Shown here in pieces: positions 37,796-47,175 of a DNA stretch of 64,000 nucleotides. Both the position numbers and the translations under genes were made by a program. Numbering within the stretch: the stretch's first letter is position 1; each line of letters opens with the position of its first letter. Location: IMG/VR virus record IMGVR_UViG_3300005563_000033, positions 13,353 through 77,352 of that record; one strand, written 5' to 3'. The DNA comes from a virus. The notes beneath the pieces are model-generated. The model searched no databases. It had not been told where the DNA came from and worked only from the letters and a program-made list of their open reading frames with translations.

Positions 37796-40700
37796 TGCCT
37801 GTAAATAAATACGATATACCAACCTTTGCTTCTCGAATAAAAGAGAAATACCCCCAATATAAGGATGTTAATGATACAACGTTAACTAAGGCTATCGTAG
37901 ACAAGCATCCAGAATATAGAGAGGCGGTTGACTTGTCTGGACTCGACAAACAGACTTCGCCCGTCGATCAAGGTATTGACAAAACCACGAACAAGGTTAA
38001 CCAATCTATCCAATTCAATGGGACTTTCCAGCCGGATTTAGAGGGTGAAAAGAACGGCGTTTATACCAATGACCCCGATTACCAGAAGCAAAAGGCCGAC
38101 TTCGTAAGCAAGATCATGACGGATCAACAAGGGCGACTACTTTATCCCGAACAGGATACCAAGGGGAACTGGGTAAACTATTATACCAAAGAGCCTATTG
38201 TAAACTTTGATCCACACGAAATGAGGGGGAAAATACTGCAAGTTCCCCATGAATATCTCCCGGCAACAGGTGGTAAAAAGTTCATCACCCCCGTTTATAA
38301 TCAAAAGACAGGAAGTTACGACTTCCCGGATGTGCAAACACCAGATGTGCCGCATCAAGAAACGCTACCAGAAGCAACCGTTTATGGAGGTAAAAAAGGA
38401 AATGGAGAATCTCCTGAATTACAAGGGCTCTCACCTGAAGTAAATTCTATACTTGATGAATCCGGCAAACAGGGGGGGCAATTTTCGCAGATTCTAAAAA
38501 AGAACCCATCATTAGCGCAAGATATAGACAAAACGCTGAAAAAATACGGCGAACCTTATGTCCAATCCCTTAAAACAGGTAGTGAAGCGATGAGCAATGT
38601 CCTTCAAAAAACTGTAGAGGATAAGTTTGATCTGAATAAACCATTGCCACAAGACGTTGACCCGGCTATCTTAAATGGGCATTTGAATGTCTTAAATAAC
38701 TTTGAGAAAAACAGGAAACAATTTGAGGATACGCAGAAAGAACTACAAAGACAGGCAGATTTAATAGCCGACAAAGCAAAAAGGACCGGGCAGCCGATTG
38801 CTCAACAGGATGTAGATATATTGAATCAAAAATCTGCTAAAAATACAGCCAATTGGAATGAATATACCAAGGCAGTTAAATATGCGCAGAACTTTGTAGA
38901 ACAACCGGCTGTAAAAAACTATTTGGATGAATTTAAAAAACGGCAATCCGGCCTTCAATTATTGGATGAAGTTCGGCAAAGAACCTTCCCAAGTGATATA
39001 AACAAGGAAATAAAACAAGATGAATACGACCGAAAAGCCATTGAGGGGAATCTAAATGCCTGGGATTACGCGAAAACATTCATGGGTAAGGCCGGTGCTG
39101 GTATTTCTAATATAGGGGAATCTGTTTTAAAAGCCGCTCCTAGCGTAGTTACAGGCGGCGCACTAAGATGGTCTCCGGAAGGGGAAGCCAAGATAGAAAG
39201 TCTTAATAATGGGGCACAACAATTTTTATCAGCCAATCTCCCGTCTATTTCCCAAGAAGCATTACAAGAAATGGACAAGCGGGGAATGGGGCATTTGATT
39301 GATGATATAAGCTCTACCTTGGGAGGATTTGCGCCTTATATTATTCCGGGCGCAGCAGGAGAAGGGTTAGGGGCTAAAGCAGCTACGTTTGCGACTGCCT
39401 TAGCAGAAAGTGTTCCTACGGTTCGAAAAGAGGCCGAAAAAGCTGGCTTAACCGGAGCAGCTTACAATACCTTCATTACGGCCAAGCCTTTGATTAATGC
39501 GGCCTTTATGACCTTACTGCCCAATGTGAAATTTGCCAAAGGATTCGATAATGATCTAGCTAAATCTATTGTAAATGGGGAATTTAATAGCCCGAAACGA
39601 TTCTTGTTGAATATGGCATCCAAAGCATTGAAAGACCCTAGCGACATTGCCCACTTGCAGGCTATGTTATCCGGAACCGAAATAGGAAACAATTTGGTCA
39701 ATCAAATTACCAATGCCATCCAAAAGGGTCAGGATATTGACAGAGGCATTAGCAGAAAAGAAGGACTACCCGTTGACTATTCGAATATAATCAATCCCAG
39801 ACAGACGGCAGTTATGGCATTGGCTGGTAAAGTGCTGGAAACAATCCCGACCCTTAAAAATGCTATAGGAGATCGGATAGCCGGAAAAGATATTGCCGAA
39901 ACGTACAACCATATTCAAAGTAATATAGTCGAACTAGCTGCCCATAACTTAGATGGCGTAAGCAAGCAAGTGGACGCCTTAGTGAAGAAAGACCCCGGTA
40001 ATATATATGCGCAACACCTCAAAAATACGTTACAAGATTTTGCTTATGCCAAAGCGCATATGCCGGAAGGATTAAATGAGGATCAGCAAGCGGCTATCTT
40101 TTCACTTCAGCAAGAAACTTCCAAGGCACAACGGCAACTATCAACTGCTGACCCCATGTATCAACCTCACCTGCAAAAAATGGTAGAGGAATACAATAAA
40201 CAAATTGGAGATATCATAAAGAATCCTAATAAAGCTATCGACTATTTAAAAGATTCTCATAAAGATTTGCAGGAACAAATTTTATCACCTCAAACAGAAC
40301 AAAATGGCAAAGAAACCGAAGCCAATGCCCAAGCCGAAGGGGTATTAAGCCAACCAGAAGGCGAAGCTAAGGAAGTAGCTGCAAAATCGCCTTCTTATCT
40401 TCTTTCCAGACATGCGGATACAAAAAAAGACGAAGAGGGGAAAGTGAGCGGACCGAACCAGCATCCATTGTCCGAGATGGGTAAAAAAGATGCCGACGAC
40501 TTGGCGACTGAAGTGCAAATGCAAGCAGATAAAACCGGCATTCCTATTACTAAAATCGTTCACTCCGGGTTAGAGAGATCAGCGGAAACAGCCAATAGAG
40601 TGGCAAACAGGGTAAAGGCTCGCACTGTGAGTGATCCTGATTTAAACACATGGGCTAATGGAGATTTCGACAATATTTCAGACCAAGAGTGGAAGGATGT

Positions 40701-43700
40701 ACAAGCATGGTATGGAGAGCATCCTGACGAAGTAGTTTACGATGGGCCTATTGAAAAATTCAAAGGGTGGAAATTGGATGAATCCTTAAATCAATATGCC
40801 AACAGAACAATTGGAGCGCATGCTAAATACGAAGGCGAACCGGCCAGTACCCTATTAATCGACCATAGCAATAACATGATGGTCATGGATGCTTATCGTA
40901 AAAATGGTGGCAAATGGGATAAAAAGGCTATCCAATATTATCTGAATGCCGAAAAGCCGGAACCGGCATCCTTAGTGAAAGGAGAAAAGCCAAAGATCAC
41001 CATATCGACACCAAATATTGTTAACGTAAAATTGAAAGAAAATCCAATTATTGACTTAAATAATGAAAACCATGTATCTAGTGTTATAAAAACACAATGG
41101 GATGCCGTAAATGAAGGTAAGCTATTGGATAATGAGGGAAGTTCTATACAAGGGCCAAATAACGGCATCGCATCTAATGGGCTTGAAAATTTGACAGATA
41201 AAACATGGGGACACGGATCGGATAGGTTGACTGTAAAAGACAGTCTAAAAGCATTACAGAGTTTGATGTCAGGTGGTAAATTCACAGGGTGGTTTGGGAA
41301 AATAAAAGAACCGGAAGGCGGGATGAATGTTCGTGATTATGGGGCTAAATTTGTAGTGGCTACGGATGATGTAGAAGCCATACATGGAGAGAAAGGAACA
41401 GGTAAGTTAAATCCTAAAGAAGTTGAGATAATATTGAATGATCAATTATCTCCTTTTGGCCAATCGCTAAAAAATGAGTACCCTGAATTTACTATTAAAG
41501 ATTATAATGGGAAAGAATTTAAACAAATAAAACCAAAAGAAAATGTATCAGTCGGACAAACAGCGCCGCTGGGCACACACGAAAACGGGGACGGAGGCAC
41601 TGGGAGGACCAGCGAAAGTAGCGGAGTGGGACCAAGCCAGCAAGGGGAAGGACCTGCCGGAAACGGCCCCAAAAAAGAAGAAGATACGGGTCAAAAAGAA
41701 AAGCCAGTAAGCGACGAACTGCCTTTCATTGAAGAAGAAGGAGACAATGAGTTTACCAGCACCAAAAATGAAGTAACCAAGCAGAAAGTAGAAGACTCTG
41801 GACTCAGGCCAGCAATGGAAGAAGCCGCTAGGGATTTTGGTAGTGTGTGGAAAGATGCCCAAAAGAAACTAAGTAAGGGTTTTGACATTGAAGGACTACT
41901 GAAGGGATTAGCCAAAAAGCCAAGGGCTGTGACTGACCTTGAAAACGCTATGATCCTTTTTCATCAAAACGTAAAAGAGGCGCAATTGGATGCCGCTAAT
42001 AAGGAATTGGATCAGGCCAGAAAAGATGGCGACCGGGATAAATGGAATGAAGCCTATGGAACGAGAGCAAGATTGTTAGACGACTTGCAAGATATTTATG
42101 ACGTAGATAAGTCTATCGGTCGTGAAACGGCTAGAGGTTTGAATGCGCGGAAAATGATGGCAGACCGTAGGTTTTCGTTGGTGAATATGCAAATGGAGAA
42201 GCGGGCGGCAGGCGGCGGTGAACCATTAACCGAAAAACAAACGGAAGAGGTTCAAAAACAATATGAGGCTATAAAACAGGCTAAAGAGGCTCTTGATGCA
42301 AGAGTATCTGAATTGGAAAAAGAGAATGTCAGATTGAAGGCAGAAAAATCCGTTCAGGGCCAACGGGGAACAGGCGGTCGTACGAAGAAAACAAAAGAGC
42401 AATACGCTCAGGACAGGAAAGATATTGTCCAAAAAATGAGGGATGATCTACTTAAAGCGGCCAAAGGCGGAGAAGGTTTAACCTCATCCATTCCCTTGGC
42501 GGCCCAATTGAAGGCCATTGCTCCGCACGTAAAAAAATTAGTCGAAAGTTTCATAGAGCAGGGTATTGATAAACTGGAAGATATTACCAAGGGGATTCAT
42601 GATCTTTTAAGTCCTTCCATTCCTGAGTTAGAAGAAAGGCATATTCATGACCTGATTGCCGGTGAATTCAATGAGCCCAAACCTAAATCCGGCACACCTT
42701 CAAAGGCACAACAGATAAAAGAAGAGGCTAAGGTACAAAAGTATAGAGCAACCGATCCAGTATTAATGAAAGCTCAGGCCGAATATGAAAAAGCAAAAGA
42801 AACATTCTTACAAAATATAAAGAAGGATCAACTTAAGGCCAGAACCGGACTTCAAAAGATACAGGATGCTTTCCTTAAATATGAACGCTTTGCAAAGCTA
42901 TCCAACCCTATTACCCTTGGCAAACTGTCAATGGCGGCGCTCACTAGACTATCCACCACTCCCCTAGAAGAAGGCGTAGGCGCTGTTTATTCTAAATTGC
43001 TGCCAGGATTAGCCGCCAAAGCTCCGGGCGAAGCTGGCGCTAATGTAAAGGCATTGGCTAAAGGGTATAAAGCAGCTTTCATGAGAGGGTTGGATGATGC
43101 GGCAACCGTTGTAAAAGGTGGTAAAACAGATATAGAAGCCGTCTACGGAAAGAAGGGATATTTACCCCCCGAAGCCATAGATTTCTTCGGACAACTTCAC
43201 AGTGCTATTAAAGCCCCGGTGAAAAGGTTTGCCTTTGAGCGGTCTTTCGAAAAGAGAATGGCCAATAATATTAAGAATGGGACGCCTATTGACGGAATGG
43301 TCGAGGCGCGTATTGCAGTGGAAGCCTATAAAGACGCCCAACGATCTATATTCATGCAAGATAATGCCGTATCTCGCGGGTGGTCGATGTTGATAAATGG
43401 GCTGGAAAGAACGGATACGCCGGGCGGCAAAGAATTGGCAACGGCTATGCAGTGGCTAATCCCGTTTGTGAAAGTGCCTACCAATATCGTAGGAGAGACG
43501 GTATCGCATGTAGCCGGACCTGAAATAGCATTGGCTAAAGTGCTTCATGCCGGATTGACGAAAGGGCTTAAAAATTTGTCACAAGATGAAGCAGAAATGA
43601 TCTTACGTAACCTTAAAAAAGGAACCATAGGACACGGAGCATTGATGTTGGGTTATTTGAATCCACAAGCATTTGGAGGGTATTACCAAAAGTATGAAAA

Positions 43701-44202
43701 ACGAGACCCGGAAGATGTAAAATTCGGAGCGGCAAAACTTTTTGGAGTGAAAATACCTGCTTGGATGCTAGAAGCTCCTATACTCCAGACTATGCAATTG
43801 GGGGCAACCGTTAGACGTGTTAAAGACACAATGGTAAAGGGCCAGCCCAAAGGAATAGGAGAAGGGATGTGGGCTGGTGGGCTTGGGTTATTGGAACATG
43901 AACCCTTAATAGATGAGCCAGTAAGATTAGGCGAAATGTTGGGTAAGAGCAATGAAAGGCAGTACTTCATGGGTGAATTAGCCAAAAGCACGTTGGTTCC
44001 CGCTGCGGCTGATTATGCGGCAAAGGTGAGTGATCCGCTGGATACAAGACCAGTGGGAGAAAGATTAATGGACCCTGAAAACAAAAGAAAGCCGACTACT
44101 ATACCAGAACATATTGAAAGTGCCATACCGGGATTGCGTGAAAATGTAGAAGAAAAAAAACCAGTACCGCACAAACAAAGACAACATAAACCAGCTAGTT
44201 GA
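37795..44202 (+). CDS. giant internal virion/ejection (polyvalent) protein with histidine-phosphatase domain
   Basis: 2135 aa; N-terminal F...IK.KYPQY.D..D..L; RHA..S.LERS.ETA..DH module; C-terminal PFVKVPTNI region. Confidence 0.75.
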   Translation: MPVNKYDIPTFASRIKEKYPQYKDVNDTTLTKAIVDKHPEYREAVDLSGLDKQTSPVDQGIDKTTNKVNQSIQFNGTFQPDLEGEKNGVYTNDPDYQKQKADFVSKIMTDQQGRLLYPEQDTKGNWVNYYTKEPIVNFDPHEMRGKILQVPHEYLPATGGKKFITPVYNQKTGSYDFPDVQTPDVPHQETLPEATVYGGKKGNGESPELQGLSPEVNSILDESGKQGGQFSQILKKNPSLAQDIDKTLKKYGEPYVQSLKTGSEAMSNVLQKTVEDKFDLNKPLPQDVDPAILNGHLNVLNNFEKNRKQFEDTQKELQRQADLIADKAKRTGQPIAQQDVDILNQKSAKNTANWNEYTKAVKYAQNFVEQPAVKNYLDEFKKRQSGLQLLDEVRQRTFPSDINKEIKQDEYDRKAIEGNLNAWDYAKTFMGKAGAGISNIGESVLKAAPSVVTGGALRWSPEGEAKIESLNNGAQQFLSANLPSISQEALQEMDKRGMGHLIDDISSTLGGFAPYIIPGAAGEGLGAKAATFATALAESVPTVRKEAEKAGLTGAAYNTFITAKPLINAAFMTLLPNVKFAKGFDNDLAKSIVNGEFNSPKRFLLNMASKALKDPSDIAHLQAMLSGTEIGNNLVNQITNAIQKGQDIDRGISRKEGLPVDYSNIINPRQTAVMALAGKVLETIPTLKNAIGDRIAGKDIAETYNHIQSNIVELAAHNLDGVSKQVDALVKKDPGNIYAQHLKNTLQDFAYAKAHMPEGLNEDQQAAIFSLQQETSKAQRQLSTADPMYQPHLQKMVEEYNKQIGDIIKNPNKAIDYLKDSHKDLQEQILSPQTEQNGKETEANAQAEGVLSQPEGEAKEVAAKSPSYLLSRHADTKKDEEGKVSGPNQHPLSEMGKKDADDLATEVQMQADKTGIPITKIVHSGLERSAETANRVANRVKARTVSDPDLNTWANGDFDNISDQEWKDVQAWYGEHPDEVVYDGPIEKFKGWKLDESLNQYANRTIGAHAKYEGEPASTLLIDHSNNMMVMDAYRKNGGKWDKKAIQYYLNAEKPEPASLVKGEKPKITISTPNIVNVKLKENPIIDLNNENHVSSVIKTQWDAVNEGKLLDNEGSSIQGPNNGIASNGLENLTDKTWGHGSDRLTVKDSLKALQSLMSGGKFTGWFGKIKEPEGGMNVRDYGAKFVVATDDVEAIHGEKGTGKLNPKEVEIILNDQLSPFGQSLKNEYPEFTIKDYNGKEFKQIKPKENVSVGQTAPLGTHENGDGGTGRTSESSGVGPSQQGEGPAGNGPKKEEDTGQKEKPVSDELPFIEEEGDNEFTSTKNEVTKQKVEDSGLRPAMEEAARDFGSVWKDAQKKLSKGFDIEGLLKGLAKKPRAVTDLENAMILFHQNVKEAQLDAANKELDQARKDGDRDKWNEAYGTRARLLDDLQDIYDVDKSIGRETARGLNARKMMADRRFSLVNMQMEKRAAGGGEPLTEKQTEEVQKQYEAIKQAKEALDARVSELEKENVRLKAEKSVQGQRGTGGRTKKTKEQYAQDRKDIVQKMRDDLLKAAKGGEGLTSSIPLAAQLKAIAPHVKKLVESFIEQGIDKLEDITKGIHDLLSPSIPELEERHIHDLIAGEFNEPKPKSGTPSKAQQIKEEAKVQKYRATDPVLMKAQAEYEKAKETFLQNIKKDQLKARTGLQKIQDAFLKYERFAKLSNPITLGKLSMAALTRLSTTPLEEGVGAVYSKLLPGLAAKAPGEAGANVKALAKGYKAAFMRGLDDAATVVKGGKTDIEAVYGKKGYLPPEAIDFFGQLHSAIKAPVKRFAFERSFEKRMANNIKNGTPIDGMVEARIAVEAYKDAQRSIFMQDNAVSRGWSMLINGLERTDTPGGKELATAMQWLIPFVKVPTNIVGETVSHVAGPEIALAKVLHAGLTKGLKNLSQDEAEMILRNLKKGTIGHGALMLGYLNPQAFGGYYQKYEKRDPEDVKFGAAKLFGVKIPAWMLEAPILQTMQLGATVRRVKDTMVKGQPKGIGEGMWAGGLGLLEHEPLIDEPVRLGEMLGKSNERQYFMGELAKSTLVPAAADYAAKVSDPLDTRPVGERLMDPENKRKPTTIPEHIESAIPGLRENVEEKKPVPHKQRQHKPAS
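41543..41710 (+). CDS. nested small basic protein in the +1 frame of the giant gene
   Basis: MYQSDKQRRWAHTKTGTEALGGPAKVAEWDQASKGKDLPETAPKKKKIRVKKKSQ; A-rich start context. Confidence 0.6.
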   Translation: MYQSDKQRRWAHTKTGTEALGGPAKVAEWDQASKGKDLPETAPKKKKIRVKKKSQ

Positions 44203-45170
44203 GAAAGTATTATGCCATATTACCAAGTGAAGGAGGGGAAGTAGAAGAACTACCAAAGACAGCGGCAACCCCATCCTTAGCGTCCTTGCCTACAATGGCT
44301 AATCCTATTGTCGCACCCGTTCCCGCTGCTGCACCTTCTTTGCCTATTAAAGCAGCTTCTATTCCGCCTGATAGAATACCGTTGCCCAATTTCAATGATG
44401 CAGCTTCAAGAGGAAATTACCTCAAACAATGGCAGGGGAAATACGGGAGCTTAGAGGGAAGAGGAGACACCGTTTTGAAAGTAAATGAAACTCCGAGAAC
44501 AGGCTCGGCAACAGCTAAAGAAATTTCGGCTAAAGCAGCAGGTAAATACGGCCTTGATCCGGCTTTATTGTATTCATCTGCTATGGAAGAGGGTATGAGT
44601 GGGCTTTTTAAAGACAAATCAGGAATTGATACCAAACATAGAAAACCCTCTGATTTTGGTTATCAGGATTATTACGGAGATAAAGAATATCCTATCGAAG
44701 GAAAGGAGAATTTTGGATTAAACACTTTTGCAGATAGGTTCCCGGATTTAGTGAAAAAAGGATATTTGAGTGCTGATTTTGCAAAGAACTTCAGAGGAGC
44801 AAAAAACGAAACCGGTGGTTTTTTGAGAAATGATTTCAAAAGCGTGGATGCTGCTATGCAAGCTAAGGCAGCTATCATGAAATATCATTATGACGATATA
44901 GATTCATATGCGGCACATCGGGGGATAAAACTTTCTCCTAAAGCCAGAGATTTTTTTGCGCTTGCAGAATACAACGGAGGCGAAGGTACGGGGCATCAAA
45001 TGCTAAATGATTATTACAATAACGGCCATTTAGAAGGAGACAAATTTTTGCAAGGACGACCGACAACCGGGAAGGGTCTAAAGGCTGACTCCTACAAGGC
45101 TGTGTATGACAATGTAGCCCGAAGACTGAGAATGCAAGAAGGACTTAAAAAAGAAGGATTATTTGACTAA
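44199..45170 (+). CDS. lytic transglycosylase-like virion protein
   Basis: AAGKYGLDPALLYSSAMEEG catalytic helix; FGL; ALAEYNGGEG. Confidence 0.65.
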   Translation: MRKYYAILPSEGGEVEELPKTAATPSLASLPTMANPIVAPVPAAAPSLPIKAASIPPDRIPLPNFNDAASRGNYLKQWQGKYGSLEGRGDTVLKVNETPRTGSATAKEISAKAAGKYGLDPALLYSSAMEEGMSGLFKDKSGIDTKHRKPSDFGYQDYYGDKEYPIEGKENFGLNTFADRFPDLVKKGYLSADFAKNFRGAKNETGGFLRNDFKSVDAAMQAKAAIMKYHYDDIDSYAAHRGIKLSPKARDFFALAEYNGGEGTGHQMLNDYYNNGHLEGDKFLQGRPTTGKGLKADSYKAVYDNVARRLRMQEGLKKEGLFD

Positions 45171-45206
45171 TATAACCATTTTCATTAATTTTAACAAACC
45201 AATAAA

Positions 45207-45719
45207 ATGCCGATAGTCCCCAACGTATCTTTAGGATCGGTTAACACCGGAGCGACAATCGATCCTAGTGCGATTATCGCTCAAGATATTTCTACGGGTT
45301 CCGATGTGGCTATAGCGTCGCGGCAAATTCTCCTATATACAGTACAGAATGCACAATTTGTCGCGGCTATTCCTTGGCCCTTGGCGACAAATCCAATTAC
45401 AATAAATCCCCTTACGCAAGACATCGCACTTAACTGCGTAATTAATTGGTTAGATGGAAGCGGGAATGTCCTTTATACATTTTCTGCAATACAATCATTT
45501 ACGGGGTATGGGGAGAATTTTGCCTATAATTTAATTCAGACCGAAGAGTCTTCACCCGGCATTTTACAGGATACAAACTATCAGAATTACGTAAATACGC
45601 TTAATAATTATTTAGTTTCTGCTGTAAGAGCTATTTCCGTAGGGCAGAGTTTAAAAAATGCTCAATTGATGATACTGAAAGAGCAATATTTGGTAACTAA
45701 TTCAAATAGGTATTATTAA
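45207..45719 (+). CDS. tail-associated structural protein
   Basis: 170 aa, D.STGSD motif, start of the fibre block. Confidence 0.5.
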   Translation: MPIVPNVSLGSVNTGATIDPSAIIAQDISTGSDVAIASRQILLYTVQNAQFVAAIPWPLATNPITINPLTQDIALNCVINWLDGSGNVLYTFSAIQSFTGYGENFAYNLIQTEESSPGILQDTNYQNYVNTLNNYLVSAVRAISVGQSLKNAQLMILKEQYLVTNSNRYY

Positions 45720-46588
45720 TGCCAAGCGAATACTCTATACAAACCATTTTGTCTATCGCTGATATTAGTCAATATTTGGCCAATGCCGATAATGACAAAC
45801 AAACCTTTTTCAAAGGCGGAACGCTTGATCCACTATTGGGCAGAACTATTTATAGGATAAGAAGGTCTTTGGGATTAAGATTTCAGGCCGCTCCGAACGA
45901 TACAACTTTAAGAGGAACAGCAGAGTATCTTTTATCATTATGTGGGCCTTATGCCTTACAAGCAAAGCAAATATTGAACAATCTGGGCCAATCTCCCCCA
46001 GTGATAACAGGACCAAATAACCAAAGCGTTCTCGTAGGGCAGACCGGAACGTTTAGCGTATCGGTTACAGGAACAGCACCATTCGCTTATCAGTGGTATC
46101 TCAACTCTGTTCTTATACCGGGAGCCACAAGTAGTTCTTATTCTAAAACAAATGCGCAGCTTACTGATAGTGGTGGGGTATATTTCGTAAAAGTAAGCAA
46201 TCCTGCCGCACCTTCAGGAGTATTTAGTAATACAGCTACTTTGACGGTTACGGCTGTATTACAGGGCTTTTTCGCTTATATGGACACTGATCCAGGCCCA
46301 GACTTGCAAGCCAATTTAGACCCATTCACTTATCAATCGACTTTTGCCATAACGCACAATGCCCCCTTTGTAATAACCTTACCGGGAGCCAGTACGCCGA
46401 ATAAATACCTTATTGTAAAAGTTCCTATTGGAGAATCTGTAAAATCAACGTGGTTCAATACTCCGCTGAATAATGGCACTATACCGGATAGCGTATGGCA
46501 GTCATTGATACAATTTGGCGGATTTTCATATTATTACACGCGGGTAGCTGCCAGCATGGACACTTCACAAACTTTAACTCTTTCATAA
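45719..46588 (+). CDS. Ig-domain virion protein
   Basis: PVIT.P.NQSV.VGQT.TFSVSV.GT.PF.YQWY....IPGATSSSY....L.DSG.Y.V.VSN immunoglobulin I-set. Confidence 0.8.
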   Translation: MPSEYSIQTILSIADISQYLANADNDKQTFFKGGTLDPLLGRTIYRIRRSLGLRFQAAPNDTTLRGTAEYLLSLCGPYALQAKQILNNLGQSPPVITGPNNQSVLVGQTGTFSVSVTGTAPFAYQWYLNSVLIPGATSSSYSKTNAQLTDSGGVYFVKVSNPAAPSGVFSNTATLTVTAVLQGFFAYMDTDPGPDLQANLDPFTYQSTFAITHNAPFVITLPGASTPNKYLIVKVPIGESVKSTWFNTPLNNGTIPDSVWQSLIQFGGFSYYYTRVAASMDTSQTLTLS

Positions 46589-47166
46589 TGAATGAATTTG
46601 TAGACATAAAAGGATTCGAAGGTTTTTTTAAAATCAACTCTATTGGTGAGGTATTTAGTTATGACAGGGTTGTAAATACTGGCAACGGATTTTACATTAT
46701 GAAAGCAAAAAAATTAGCCATTGTTATAAGACAAAAATACCCGTCAGTATCATTATGCATGAATGGCGGAAGAGTCAAGAAATTTCTCCACGTGTTATTG
46801 GCAGAGCATTTTATTCCCAATCCGAATAACTTTAAATTTGTTAGGCATTTGAATGATGATAAATTAGATTTTCGGTTGGAAAACCTGGCGTGGGGTACGC
46901 ATGCCGATAACGCCGCAGACGCCATAAGAAATGGTAAATTTGTCTTTTTGAAGCCGGAAAATAATCCTCAAACTGGCAAGAAAGGAAAATTAAGTATGTT
47001 TTATAGGGAGAAGAGCGGTCGCGCAAGACTAGTCTTAGATTTAAATACTGGCATTTTTTATGAAACTGCGAAAGATGCTGCCGAAGCAAAAAATGTTAAA
47101 TACAAGGGACTGGCTAGAAAATTATTAGGGCGCAGAAAAAATAATACAGGAATGGTTTATGTATAA
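46588..47166 (+). CDS. NUMOD4-HNH homing endonuclease
   Basis: DIKGFEG.FKINS.GEV.S (NUMOD4); VRHLNDDK.D.RLENL.WGT..DN; start taken as ATG 46588. Confidence 0.85.
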   Translation: MNEFVDIKGFEGFFKINSIGEVFSYDRVVNTGNGFYIMKAKKLAIVIRQKYPSVSLCMNGGRVKKFLHVLLAEHFIPNPNNFKFVRHLNDDKLDFRLENLAWGTHADNAADAIRNGKFVFLKPENNPQTGKKGKLSMFYREKSGRARLVLDLNTGIFYETAKDAAEAKNVKYKGLARKLLGRRKNNTGMVYV

Positions 47167-47175
47167 ATAATAAAA

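Noticed and set aside
46495-46587. N-terminal extension of the HNH ORF, or a group I intron around it
   Set aside because: The extension overlaps the Ig gene, the NUMOD4 domain starts at 46588, and there is no room for intron structure.
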